From NCBI GenBank assembly GCA_963675745.2, contig CAXXWX010000023.1, positions 197,761-261,760 on the forward strand: a stretch of 64,000 bases of DNA, given 5' to 3'. This DNA is from Phycisphaerae bacterium (GTDB lineage Bacteria > Planctomycetota > Phycisphaerae > UBA1845 > Fen-1342). Under the pieces are notes generated by a model, which was given only the letters and a program-made list of their open reading frames with translations, was not told where the DNA came from and made no database searches. Position numbers and translations under genes: made by a program. Shown here one piece after another: positions 54,190 to 64,000 of this stretch (position 1 is its first letter; each line of letters begins with the position of its first letter).

Positions 54190-54621
54190 ATGCTGACAAC
54201 CTCCGAATTGAGAATGTATCAGAGTGCGCGCCGCGCTGGATATCGTCCGTCCGAAGCGCTCGATATTGCGAAGGTTAACGAGGCTTGGGAACGGGCCGAA
54301 TATGCGGATCAGGTTCGTATTGTGTGCGAGCTCGATACGGACCCTGATCTGTCCTGGTTGGATGATGGGGCGTGGTCAACGCACGAGGTAACGCGACAGC
54401 GCGACTTTATCGCGTGTCATGGAATCTGGGTCGTCCGCTCGCAATGGCGTGAAACCGCCGACAGCGAATGGGAAGATGCAGACTGCATCAGCGGATGCAT
54501 CTACGAGCGCCCCGATTGCCCGCTAGAGAATTGCTACGTTACCGATCTTCGCCGCGCCGCGCTGGACGCGCTGGCCAATGGGCATAGCAGATGCGTCACG
54601 TGCGGACACATCCTCGAGTAG
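54190..54621 (+). CDS. Phage-type hypothetical protein with C-terminal CxxC
   Basis: Starts 4 bp after the previous stop; CVTCG at the end. Confidence 0.65.
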   Translation: MLTTSELRMYQSARRAGYRPSEALDIAKVNEAWERAEYADQVRIVCELDTDPDLSWLDDGAWSTHEVTRQRDFIACHGIWVVRSQWRETADSEWEDADCISGCIYERPDCPLENCYVTDLRRAALDALANGHSRCVTCGHILE

Positions 54622-54636
54622 CCAAAGGGGTTTGCG

Positions 54637-54954
54637 ATGAGAATGAAAACACCGGCATTCAGAATTCGCCGCTATCGTGCCTGGAGTTATGACGTATGGG
54701 GAAACGCGCGGGATGGATTCGACGTTAACGATCGCTACGACCATGGACATGTAGACATCCGCTGCAAACGCCAGGTGTACAACGCTGGCACGGCGCACGA
54801 GTTTGCGGCGTATGATCCGACCGATCGGCAATTGTCACGCGCTGTCGGCGCGCGCGGCGTCGAATGGGATGGCGAGTCTGATTACACACTGTACGCCACA
54901 CAGCGTCGAAATGGACGCCCGATTTGCGAGTTGGAGTTTATCGAGTACCGATAG
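54637..54954 (+). CDS. Phage-type hypothetical protein
   Basis: YDVWGNARDGFDVND motif; last gene before a terminator. Confidence 0.7.
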   Translation: MRMKTPAFRIRRYRAWSYDVWGNARDGFDVNDRYDHGHVDIRCKRQVYNAGTAHEFAAYDPTDRQLSRAVGARGVEWDGESDYTLYATQRRNGRPICELEFIEYR

Positions 54955-54983
54955 GCACGACCGACAGAGTACGCCACACAAGG

Positions 54984-55020
54984 CGCCGCGCAGCCTAACA
55001 CGCTGCGCGGCGTTCTCTTC
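54984..55020 (+). terminator. Intrinsic terminator-like hairpin
   Basis: CGCCGCGCAGC-ctaacac-GCTGCGCGGCG followed by TTCTCTTC. Confidence 0.65.
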
Positions 55021-55437
55021 GCGCCTAACGAGCCCTACCCCATATCCCATACGATCATGCCCACCAGTGCGTTGGCGCTCGCTGGCGCCAGCGTAGGGCA
55101 TGCTGGCGCCTACGCTGATCGTGTGGCCACACTGCGTCAATCGTAACCCAATTCATGCAGGCGCTTTGCTTCCAAGATTGCGGGCATCGGTGCCCAGGTG
55201 GCGCCGCGCACGCCGGTGCCACCTAGGCACAACCTGCCACCATGCACGTTATAAAAACAACGTGGCAAAAAACAATTTTGCGCGGCGTGTGCAACAGCAT
55301 GACGGCGCCGCGCGGCGGACTATCGCCCACAAGTCAAGGCGAGACCGCGGCGCGTTGCGACCACTTGCCGCACCTACTACAGGCGAGGTAGTTAGGCCGT
55401 TGTTCATATGATAATTAGCCGACCAGTTAGGTCCAAT

Positions 55438-55480
55438 GGGTCCTTCCAAGGGGCCGCGCGAGGTCTCCGGCAGACCGGCA
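55438..55480 (+). other. Putative cos packaging site (cosQ-like GGGTCCT plus dyad)
   Basis: GGGTCCTTCC at 55438, then the dyad GGTCT-CCGGC-AGACC; about 200 bp upstream of a TerS-like gene. Confidence 0.5.
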
Positions 55481-55643
55481 TCGAAGGTCTGACACCCCCT
55501 CAAGGCCAGAAAATGGGCCAGAATCACCGGTTGCGCGCGCCGCAGGTGGGCGCGGGCGCGGACTCTGTAGATTGCGACTTGCGAGGGATTTGGCAGCAAC
55601 ATTTGGCGCCGGACGTTCGAGATTGTGCTAAAGTAAGGGTGTT

Positions 55644-56147
55644 ATGTCTGAACGCAAGAACAGGAACGGGAAGCCGACCGGGCGGGTGCTCACGACGTTG
55701 AAGCAACTCGCGGCGTACCTGGAGCTGAGCTACTCGCACACGGCGCACCTCGCGAAGCAGTACAACATGCCGGGCCAGAGGGGGCATTACGACCTGAATG
55801 AAATCGACGCGTGGCGGGAGCGGCACAAGCTGCGGCGGAAGCGCAGCGTGGTCGCTAGTCCGGAGGATGATCTGGTCGAGGCAAGGCGCAAACTGGCGGT
55901 CGCGAAGCGTGAAGAGGCGAGAGCGATCCGTGAACAGCACGCGGCGGAACGGGAACAGGGGAAGCTGATTGACCGGGTGGAGGCTCAGAAACGGGAAGAG
56001 CAGATCATTGATTGGGCGGTGTCTGTGATGGAGTTGGCCGAGGCTGAACTGCCGGAGCAGTTGACAGGGAAGACTACGGGGGCGATCCGTGATTGCATGC
56101 GGGAGTGGTTCAGTGAGCAGCGGCGTAAGTCACTGATGAAGCAATAG
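55644..56147 (+). CDS. Nu1-like terminase small subunit
   Basis: N-terminal HTH (TLKQLAAYLELS), GHYDLNEIDAW, coiled coil ending EQGKLIDRVEA, C-terminal LPEQL helix; 167 aa. Confidence 0.68.
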   Translation: MSERKNRNGKPTGRVLTTLKQLAAYLELSYSHTAHLAKQYNMPGQRGHYDLNEIDAWRERHKLRRKRSVVASPEDDLVEARRKLAVAKREEARAIREQHAAEREQGKLIDRVEAQKREEQIIDWAVSVMELAEAELPEQLTGKTTGAIRDCMREWFSEQRRKSLMKQ

Positions 56148-56525
56148 GCGTGGCTTTGTGTATCTAACACATCTTTCTGAGGCCTGCGATTGATAACTCG
56201 GAAATGGGGGGCCTAACAGCTATTGGCACGTGGTCATACTGCGAAGTCCGGTGCTCGTACTGACCAGCTTCGCGCTCTGGCGTCGCCGCTAGCCGACGCA
56301 GCGCATCGCTACGGTCAGGACCTTGTCGCGGGCCACTGCTGCCAGACTTCGAGCGCCGATTCGTAACCGGTGCTCTCACTTGCGAAACCTCCGCTGGCGC
56401 TCTACTGGCGGTTTTAACCGCTCGGCGTCGTCAAACTGACCGCAAGATTCGAGATCTGCCCATTGTCCCAGCGAAGTCTCAAAGTCTCGCGGTTTGGGGA
56501 ATGCCCCCCTCCCTCAAGTGGTCGC

Positions 56526-56819
56526 TCACCGTTCATCCGGCAGCTCGTATAGCCCGTGGCCCGCACGGCACAGTTTCCCCCGCCGCACCAACTCGTCCCA
56601 CACCGGCTGCGGATACCGCGTCGGCGGCCGGATCGCGACGATGCCGGACTTGCCGCCGCTGCTCATCGCACCGTGACCCAGCCTCGATTCCTCATCGAGC
56701 CGCGTGAGCTTGAGCCGTTTCTTGAACGCCTTCAACGCGTTCTTGAGCTGCGCGTGGTCGAAGCCGCCGGGCGATGCAGCCCCCGGTTCACCCGAAGACT
56801 GCGGCGTGTTATTCGTCAT
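56526..56819 (-). CDS. Small basic hypothetical protein
   Basis: ALKAFKKRLKLTRLDEESRLG..PPTRYP..VWDELV..GKL..GLYEL; protein-like sequence with strong GC3 bias. Confidence 0.7.
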   Translation of the reverse strand: MTNNTPQSSGEPGAASPGGFDHAQLKNALKAFKKRLKLTRLDEESRLGHGAMSSGGKSGIVAIRPPTRYPQPVWDELVRRGKLCRAGHGLYELPDER

Positions 56820-56826
56820 TCCGCAC

Positions 56827-58909
56827 TGCCCACACGCGGTGTTGGTGGCCACGCTGACGAGCCAGATTTCGGAGTTTCTCGACGAAGGCGGGGAAAAAGT
56901 CTACCAGTCGCTTGAGAAGGTCTTTGGGCGCATCGAAAAAGTGAAACTCCCCGTGGAAGGGATGGAGATCTACGAGGTCATACGGCGGCGGCTGTTCGAA
57001 AACCTGGGCGATCCGGCGGACCATCAAAAGACGGTCGAGGCGTACTTCGAGAAGTATCGCAGCCTGGGAGATGACGTTTCGCAGGCAGTCAAAGAGCCGT
57101 CGTACAAGCAGACGATGCTGGCAGCGTATCCGTTTCATCCTGAACTGCTGACGGTGCTGTACGAGCGATGGGGTTCCATCACCGAGTTTCAGCGGACACG
57201 CGGAGTGTTGCGGCTGATGGCCTACGTCGTCAGCGATCTTTACAACCGCAAGGACAACGAGTCGCTGATTCAGTCGTGTGACATAAACCTCGGGCTGGCC
57301 GAAATTCGCGGCGAGTTGGTGAAGTATGCGGGCAACGCGTTCCATGGCGTGATCGACAGCGACATTGCGGGGCCGGATGCCAAGTCGCCGCAAATCGACC
57401 GCGAACTCGGCAGCGAGTACGCCAAGGAATCGGTCTCGGAGAAGCTGGCGAGGGCCACGTTCATGTACTCCTTCGGTGGTGGCCAGCAGAAGGGCGCGAC
57501 AGTGCCGCAACTGCGACTGGCCGTCTTGAATCCCGAGATGAACCCGCCCTTCATCACCGATGCGCTTGACCGCATGTCGAAGCGGCTGTGGTTCATGTAC
57601 GCCGACAGCGGGCTGTATCGCTTCGAGCAGAAGCAGAATCTCAACCGCACCATTCTCGACCGCGAAGAGATGGTACGGTCGGACCACGAGAAGGTGCTGG
57701 AGTTCGCCCGCAGCAAGCTCAACGACATGATCGGCGAAGCGCATTTCCGCGTCTTCCGCTATCCGCATGAGAGCCGGGACGTGGCGGACGACCCGAAGCT
57801 GAGCCTGGTCGTGCTCGATCTGCACCAGGTCGCTGCCGAGGGACGGCTGCCTGCGGCCACCGAGAAATTCGTCGGCGAAATCGTAAAGCAGCATGGTCAG
57901 AGCTTCCGCAAACATGCCAACACGCTGATATTCATCGCGCCGGACGAAGAGCGCGCGGCGGAAGTCGTCGAAGCCGCAACGCGTCTGATTGCGCTGCGAG
58001 CGATTGACTCGGACAAGGCCACGAAGAAGCGATTGACCGACGAGCAGCTTGCAGACCTTGCGGGCCGGTTGAAGGATGCCGAGGCGAGGTTGCCCGCTGT
58101 GCTCTCGCAGGTTTATCGGCACGTAATTGTCCCGACCGAGAAGAAGGCGCTGCGGTCATTCGACATGGGCGTTCAGACCTACGATGGCCGGACGACCGTC
58201 AGCGACCGTGTGTATGGCACGCTCAAGGAGAACGACCAGCTTCTGGAGCGGCTCGATCCGGCGTTGCTGATCGGCAAGCGCTGGAGCCTCTGGCCGGATG
58301 AAGAGGCGGTGGTCAACGGCAAGACGCTCGCGGGCTACTTCACGCAGTTGACGCACCTGCCGATGCTGGCCGGAGTGGGCGTCCTGCGCGAGACTGTGGC
58401 GCGGGGCGTCGAGCGCGGCGTATTTGCCTATGCTCTGGGCGACGGCGAGGCCAAGCAGTTCGACACTATCCGGTTCAAGGTGTCGCTGGCGGCGGACGAC
58501 TGCGAGTTGATTGACTCATCGTGGCTGCTTCGTCCTGCTCTGGCGCAGGAACTCATGCCGAAGCCGGAGACGCCTGCTGTTGGCGGCGTAACCACGTCAC
58601 ACGCGACCACCACCACTGGCGGTGACATTGGTGGCGACGAACTGCCACCCCCCGACCGACAAACCCAAGATCATTGAAGGCGAGCGCAGGCTTGACCTGG
58701 TTCGAATCCGCATGGCGGTCCCGTGGGAGCACTGGATGGACATTTACAACGAAGTCATCGAGCCGCTGGCCAACGAAGGCGCAGAAATCCTGGTCAACGT
58801 CAACATCGTGGCCAAAGCGGAAGGGGCCATCCGCGAGAACACGGTCGAATTCGGCATCAAGGAGAGCCTGTCGCAGCGCGGGATCGAGGCTGAAGTGGAC
58901 ACAAGGTGA
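56827..58909 (+). pseudogene. N-terminally truncated DUF499 (AAA+ ATPase-associated) gene, apparent frameshift ~58650
   Basis: EIYEVIRRRLF, AYPFHPEL and FQRTRGVLRL are typical of DUF499. No start codon or Walker A region: the homologous frame begins abruptly at CPHAVLVATL. Confidence 0.75.
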
Positions 58910-59291
58910 CTCCGCAGCCCACGGTGATTCGCGTCAAGCAGACGCGCTCCGGGCTTCAGAGCCAGGTGGCCGGCCTGCATTACGCCTGAGGCTGTCGCCA
59001 TCGGCCTTGATACTGGGAACGACCAATCAGCATTGAAGGGGGCGATGGAGATGGCATTTGCTGCCCGCTTTGGTTTATGATGGTGCTTTGAGGAGTGATG
59101 GGGAGGACTGGGGACCGACAACCAGCCACTTCCCCCTGACAAACACGCGAAGGGTCTAGCCATGGTGCGAGATAGATCGGGTATGCGCGGCTTCAACTGA
59201 GCGTGGCGGCGAGCTGCGGGCCTGCTCGTATGGCGACGGCGGAAAACGGTATAGCGGAGCGTGAGTCATCGGGCGTCCTGTCGGCTCAGGG

Positions 59292-59489
59292 TGTCAGCGG
59301 GCGGGCAAAACGTACCACTGATGGGCGGGTTTGGCCCGGCCGCTCGTCGTCGCGGTGCGGATCAACGCTTTTCGCCCCCAGCACCCTCAGAGCACGGGTG
59401 GCAGGGCACTGGGGGCGAAAAGCTGTTAGGGGGATGTTGGATGGTTCCAACCTGCCCGATAGTGGCCGGTTTGAACCTGCCCGGTGACA
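59292..59489. mobile_element. ~198-bp non-autonomous IS21-type element (MITE)
   Basis: TGTCA...TGACA ends, each with two tandem GGGC(G/A)GG..CCACT-like repeats; flanks CTCAGGG / CTCAAGG (6/7 match); internal perfect 15-bp inverted repeat. Confidence 0.7.
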
Positions 59490-59518
59490 CTCAAGGCATT
59501 CCGGCGGAGGAAAGGACA

Positions 59519-61458
59519 ATGAAACCGAGCCCCTGGATCATTGTGTTAGTCAGCCTTACTTCGTTTCCCACCGCTGGCCGAGCAGATACGTCATTCTATT
59601 CGTTGGATCGCACCACCCATCCAGCTCCCCCGGATCTCGTCAGCTTTACCTCGGATCTTTCCGATCCAACGGTGGAAGTGATCGGGGAGTCAGGTGGGCT
59701 TGGGACCGTCCATTCAACTGTGATGGACTTGTCACCTGAAGGTCGCCTTTTCGCTGCACCACATGGTGGGGTAATATACGAAATTGACCCTGTCACGGGG
59801 AGCGTGACTGGCTCTGTTGTGCTGACGGGTCAACCCATTGTAGGTCTTGCCGTCGGCGACAACGGTCTGCTCTACGCCGCTGTGGATGGTGAGGAACTTA
59901 TCTATGCGGTCGATTTCGATGCCCAAACAAGTCAAGTCCTGGCTAGCAAGCCTGGCCGCCTCAACGGCTTGGATTTTGACTTGGATGGGAGTTTAATCGG
60001 CATTGACATCAATCAAACTGGACAGGTCTTTCGCGTACCTCTGGATGGTTCCCCTGTTCAAGTAATTGCAACTGTGCCCATCATACCGGCTGGCGGTTAC
60101 CAGACGTTCAGTTCGCAGGACGATGCGTTCTATTTCGGCACGCAAGAGCTTGCCCCAACTGGCCGTCAGTTGTGGCGGCTGTCGTGGTCTGGTGGATTGC
60201 CTGTCGGAGTGCCGGAATACGTCAAAAGTATCGGGGACGGTGAGTATGTCGGCCTTGCGGCGAGAAGTGAGCCTCTCTTCAGCATGCCGATGAATCCAGT
60301 CCCGTATGATTCGGGCGATCCTGCAACGCACCAGCCCTCCGGCCCCGAATACACGTTCAGCATGGGGCGCTTCGAGGTCACGGTCAGCCAGTTCATGGCG
60401 TTCCTCAACGACGCCGAGGCAAATCAGGGAAACGAACGCGGGGCAAATCTCGCCTTCCGGTCGGGGGGTGATGTCGGGTTACCCGATGAGTCGGCGGATA
60501 ATAAGTTCATCTTTGTCATGAGCCACAACAGCGACGAACCCGGTTACGGGATAGCATATAACGCCAGCGGCCTCGTAGGCTCCCGCTACAGCTTTGACCC
60601 CGCCTATGGTCAGCACCCGATTGTCGGCGTCAGCTGGTTTGGGGCCTTGAAGTTCTGCAACTGGCTGACCATCGATCAGGGGCTTGCGCTCGGCGAACGG
60701 GTCTATCACGAAGGGCCTGGCGAGGGCGACTGGTATCCGGTTGCGAGCGGACCTGGAGCGTGGCCGCTAACGGGTGCCGCACGGCAGGCGCTGGTAGATG
60801 AGTACGAGGGCTATCGGCTTCCCATGGACATGAACGGTAGTAGCACCGCAGGGCCCATACAACGAATGGTACAAGGCGGCCTCCTGGGACGGCGATGCCG
60901 CTGTGAATCACGTGTACGGCTTCGGGCGCGATGTGCTCACCGCTGCAGACGCCAACTCTAGGGACAGTGGTGATCCCTGGGAGCTGGGCAAGACGCCCGT
61001 TGGCTACTATGACGGCGTCAATCCTGGCACCCAGCGCCGACGAAAACTACTACGGCATTTTCGACCTATCGGGCAACACGATGGAGTGGATGCAGGATTG
61101 TGACGTTGACGGTCGTCGCACGCAGCGGAGTGGAACCTATCTCGATTCCGACCCGGCCCTTCAACTACGGACCGACGAGCCGCGCAACAGCTGGCCACGT
61201 AGTAGCGACAAAGCCCAGGGATTCCGGGTTGTTCGGGTTCCTGATTCATCGCCGACACTTTTTCTCGGCGACCTCAATTGTGACGGGCTCATCAACAACG
61301 GTGACATCGATCCATTCGTGCTCGCCCTTACCGACACCGCAGCTTACGTCCTGATATTTCCAGATTGCGATCCGTATCTCGCCGACTGCAACGATGATGG
61401 GTGGATCAATAACGCGGACATCGACCCATTCGTTGAACTGCTGACCGTGATTGAGTGA
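59519..61458 (+). CDS. Secreted protein: beta-propeller + FGE-sulfatase (SUMF1) domain + dockerin-like C-terminus, apparent frameshifts ~60853 and ~61030
   Basis: Signal peptide; FEVTVSQF, PIVGVSWFGA..FCNW, YRLP, EWYKAA, FDLSGN..EW, GFRVVR; GDLNCDG..DIDPFV / ADCNDDG..DIDPFV. Confidence 0.8.
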
Positions 61459-61505
61459 CGCGATCGCCAGCGAGACTTGCGGCTCACGCGACAAGGGGGA
61501 GAACG

Positions 61506-62721
61506 ATGTGCATGCGATTCGCACGAGGCATCCTGGCGCTGGTTGCCATCATCGGATTGAGCGCCCAGTTACACGCGACGGAACGGCATGTGCCCAGCCA
61601 GTATCCGACGATTCAGGCGGCAGTGGACGCCTGCGTAGACGGCGACGTCGTGGTGCTCGCACCGGGCGTGTACACCGGAGACGGCAATACCGATGTCAGT
61701 GTTCCGCCGTTGGCAATCGCCATCCGGTCGCTCCTCGGCGACCCCAATACGTGCATAATCGACGGCGAGGGGCTTCGGCGAGGATTTGTCGTCGAAGGCG
61801 ACGATGTCCGCGTTGCGTCGATACACGGCCTCGCCTTCGCGAACTGCGCCGGGACTGACGGTGGTACGGCGTTAACTGTCGAAACGAGCTACGCGGAACA
61901 GCCACGCTGCGTAGTGTCGAGCTGTGTTTTCACGAACAATCATGAGACCGGGAATGGCGATGGCGGCGCGATTCGCGCTGTTGGAACTGTCGAGATTAAC
62001 GGCTGTTCCTTTGTCGGCAACAGCGCTGGCAGAGGCGGGCGCTGTGAGCATCTATGGCAGTCGCGCCGTGATTGCCAACAGCAGCTTCACGCTCAATTCC
62101 GCTATTTCAAGCGGCGGCGCTATTATTGTGACGGCTGAGTTGGTCATTCACTGCACCTTTGCAGACAACACAGTTACGACGCCGAGTTCCGATGGTGGAG
62201 GGGCATTGTACGGTGCGGCGCGGGTGCTGTTTTGCGAGTTTACTGGGAATTCCGCGTGGGTCGGCGGAGCACTTAGTGGCGGGCATGAGGTTGGCGGATG
62301 CGCGTTTGTCGGCAACTCGGCTGACATATACGGCGGCGCTGTCAAGGGCGAGGGAATACGGATCGCGAACTCGCTCTTTGCGCGCAACACTGCTGGGCAC
62401 TATGGCGGTGCAATCTGTTCGATCGATGCTCCAGGCACGGGCGTCACGCTGTCGTGTGTAACGGCTGTTGAGAACACCGCGGGCGATTGCGGCGGCGCGA
62501 TCTACGTGTACGGCGGGCTGTGGGCTTCTCCCATCGACAACAGCATCATACGCGATAACGTTGCCCCGTGCGGCGCGGACGTCGCGCTTGACGCGCTAAC
62601 CGACCCGGCCGCGTACAGGGGCGAGTATCCCGAGTGCGTGCGTGGGTACGCGGACATGAATGCGGATGGGCTCGTAAACAATGGTGACATTGACGCGTTT
62701 GTCGCGCTTCTCGGTGCGTAG
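61506..62721 (+). CDS. Secreted right-handed beta-helix (GGA/FxxN repeat) protein with a partial dockerin, apparent frameshift ~62040
   Basis: VPSQYPTIQAAVD..LAPGVYTG; repeated FxxNxA..GGA; ADMNADGLVNNGDIDAFV. Confidence 0.78.
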
Positions 62722-62761
62722 TCAGCAGGGGGTGCACGTCGCGAGTCGAGGAGGATGGGAC

Positions 62762-64000
62762 ATGTGCAAGATCGTTGTATTGGCGGGGCTAGTGGGCTTG
62801 ATTCTCGTTCCACCGCTCCCAGCTGAGATCATCTATGTCGATGATGACGCTCCATTCGGAGGAGATGGTCAGACCTGGATCACGGCGTACCGCTACCTCC
62901 AGGACGCCCTGTACGCAGCGGAGGCGGACCCGAATCTCACCGAGATACGCATTGCCGGGGGACAATATACGCCGGACTTCGATGAAGCCGGTTTGGTCAC
63001 ACCCCTCGACCCCAATGCCGCCTTTCGTGCAAGTGCGGCACTCGTTCTAGCCGGCGCATACGCGGGCATCGGCGCGGGTGACCCCAATGCTGTCGATTCC
63101 ACACTCCATCCTACGTCGCTATCTGGTGATATTGACCCCCAATGACCCGGAACACGGCTCCCACATGGTCTTTTCCTTCGACGGTTCGTCGGTGCCGTTT
63201 TCCGCCCGTGACGTTTCCTTCGCATCCGGCGGGGCCTCCGAGTTCTTACCGAGTCCCGTGATACACATGTCGGCGACTTCGCTGGATATTGACAACTGTC
63301 GTTTTCATCATATGTCCATCTGGGATGACACCGTAGTGTACTTGGCAAGTCCGTCACTTGCCATCGCAGACTGTACATTCAGTGACCTATCGAGCCTAGG
63401 CGGTTTCTGTGTGTACTTGTGGAGCCCGTTGCTCACTGTTGTAAACTGTGAGTTTGATACCATCGGCGGTATTGAGGCCAGGGCAGTGGGTCTAGGCGGA
63501 ACAGGCACCGTCTCTGACTCTACATTCACTGGCTGCTCAAGGCTCTATCTCTGCGGCTCCCTAAACTTATTCAACAGCGAGATAACCAATTGTAATCCAA
63601 GCTTGGGCTATCCCATAGTCGAGATCGTAGCTCCCGCTGATGTGTGCGTCACAGATTGCTACTTCGCCGACAATGGTAATGGTGATGGTTATGGTGATCT
63701 CATATCGCAATCCGGCGGCAGTGTCACTTGCCTGAACTCTCGGTTTGAGCACAACCACTGTAAGTGGGCAGGGGCCCTTAATGCGACCAATACGACGGTG
63801 TGCTTTGACAACACTAGCTTCACTGACAATAGTGGTACGGCTGCTGTAGTGTGGAACGAGTACGGCACCGGTGTAATGCGCCTTGTGGACTGTAATACGA
63901 CGATTGCCAACTGCACCTTCGCTGAGAACAGAGGGGCACACGGCGGTGTCATCTACGTCGATGGCGGCACCATCAGAATCAGTGACTCGTCATTTCTGTG
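62762..64000 (+). CDS. Secreted beta-helix protein, partial (runs off the window), apparent frameshift ~63137
   Basis: IIYVDDDA..GDGQTW..AY..LQDAL..IRIAGGQYTP; continues in another frame with CxFxxN and GG repeats. Confidence 0.7.

Larger units (their letters stand above)
43648..56147. mobile_element. Integrated phage-satellite (PICI-like) element; right boundary not seen, may extend beyond 64000
   Basis: tRNA att fragment, HTH + AlpA, P4-type primase-helicase, iteron origin, cosQ-like site and Nu1-like TerS; no structural genes. Confidence 0.7.

Noticed and set aside
56704..56826. N-terminus of the 657-aa ORF as the real DUF499 start
   Set aside because: It is the antisense of the small gene 56526..56819 and shows no DUF499-like sequence.
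59120..59141. Additional IS21-like end (AACCAGCCACTTCCCCCTGACA)
   Set aside because: Short, with inconsistent internal orientation and no partner end.

Overview
GC-rich bacterial chromosome segment, most likely Planctomycetota (Phycisphaerae-like). That call is inferred from CxxCGYxLxG zinc-ribbon proteins, dockerin-like C-termini, and PD40/M28 and ASPIC/UnbV proteins. Positions 1-43,600 are mostly host genes: dsbD, a TolB-like cluster, xerC, ferritin, dnaG-rpoD, an NhaC antiporter, an Aas-like acyltransferase/ACP/ligase, a Pat acetyltransferase, an M28 peptidase, dnaE, a ybjQ pair, ppdK and hydrolases. Many single-base frameshifts, mostly in homopolymers and including three in the essential dnaE, point to long-read indel errors. 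At 43,648 a 3' fragment of tRNA-Glu(TTC) marks the att boundary of an integrated element. The element has a phage-satellite (PICI-like) layout: an operator repeat array, HTH and AlpA genes, a P4-type primase-helicase, an iteron origin, cargo, a cassette of small phage-type genes, a lambda cosQ-like motif and a lone Nu1-like small terminase. No large terminase, capsid or integrase is visible in the window. To its right are a 5'-truncated DUF499 gene, a ~198-bp IS21-type MITE and secreted beta-helix/FGE/dockerin proteins. The other standout is a PPDK fused in frame to a ~117-aa histone-H1-like Lys/Ala tail. All family assignments come from motif recognition by eye; no database searches were run.
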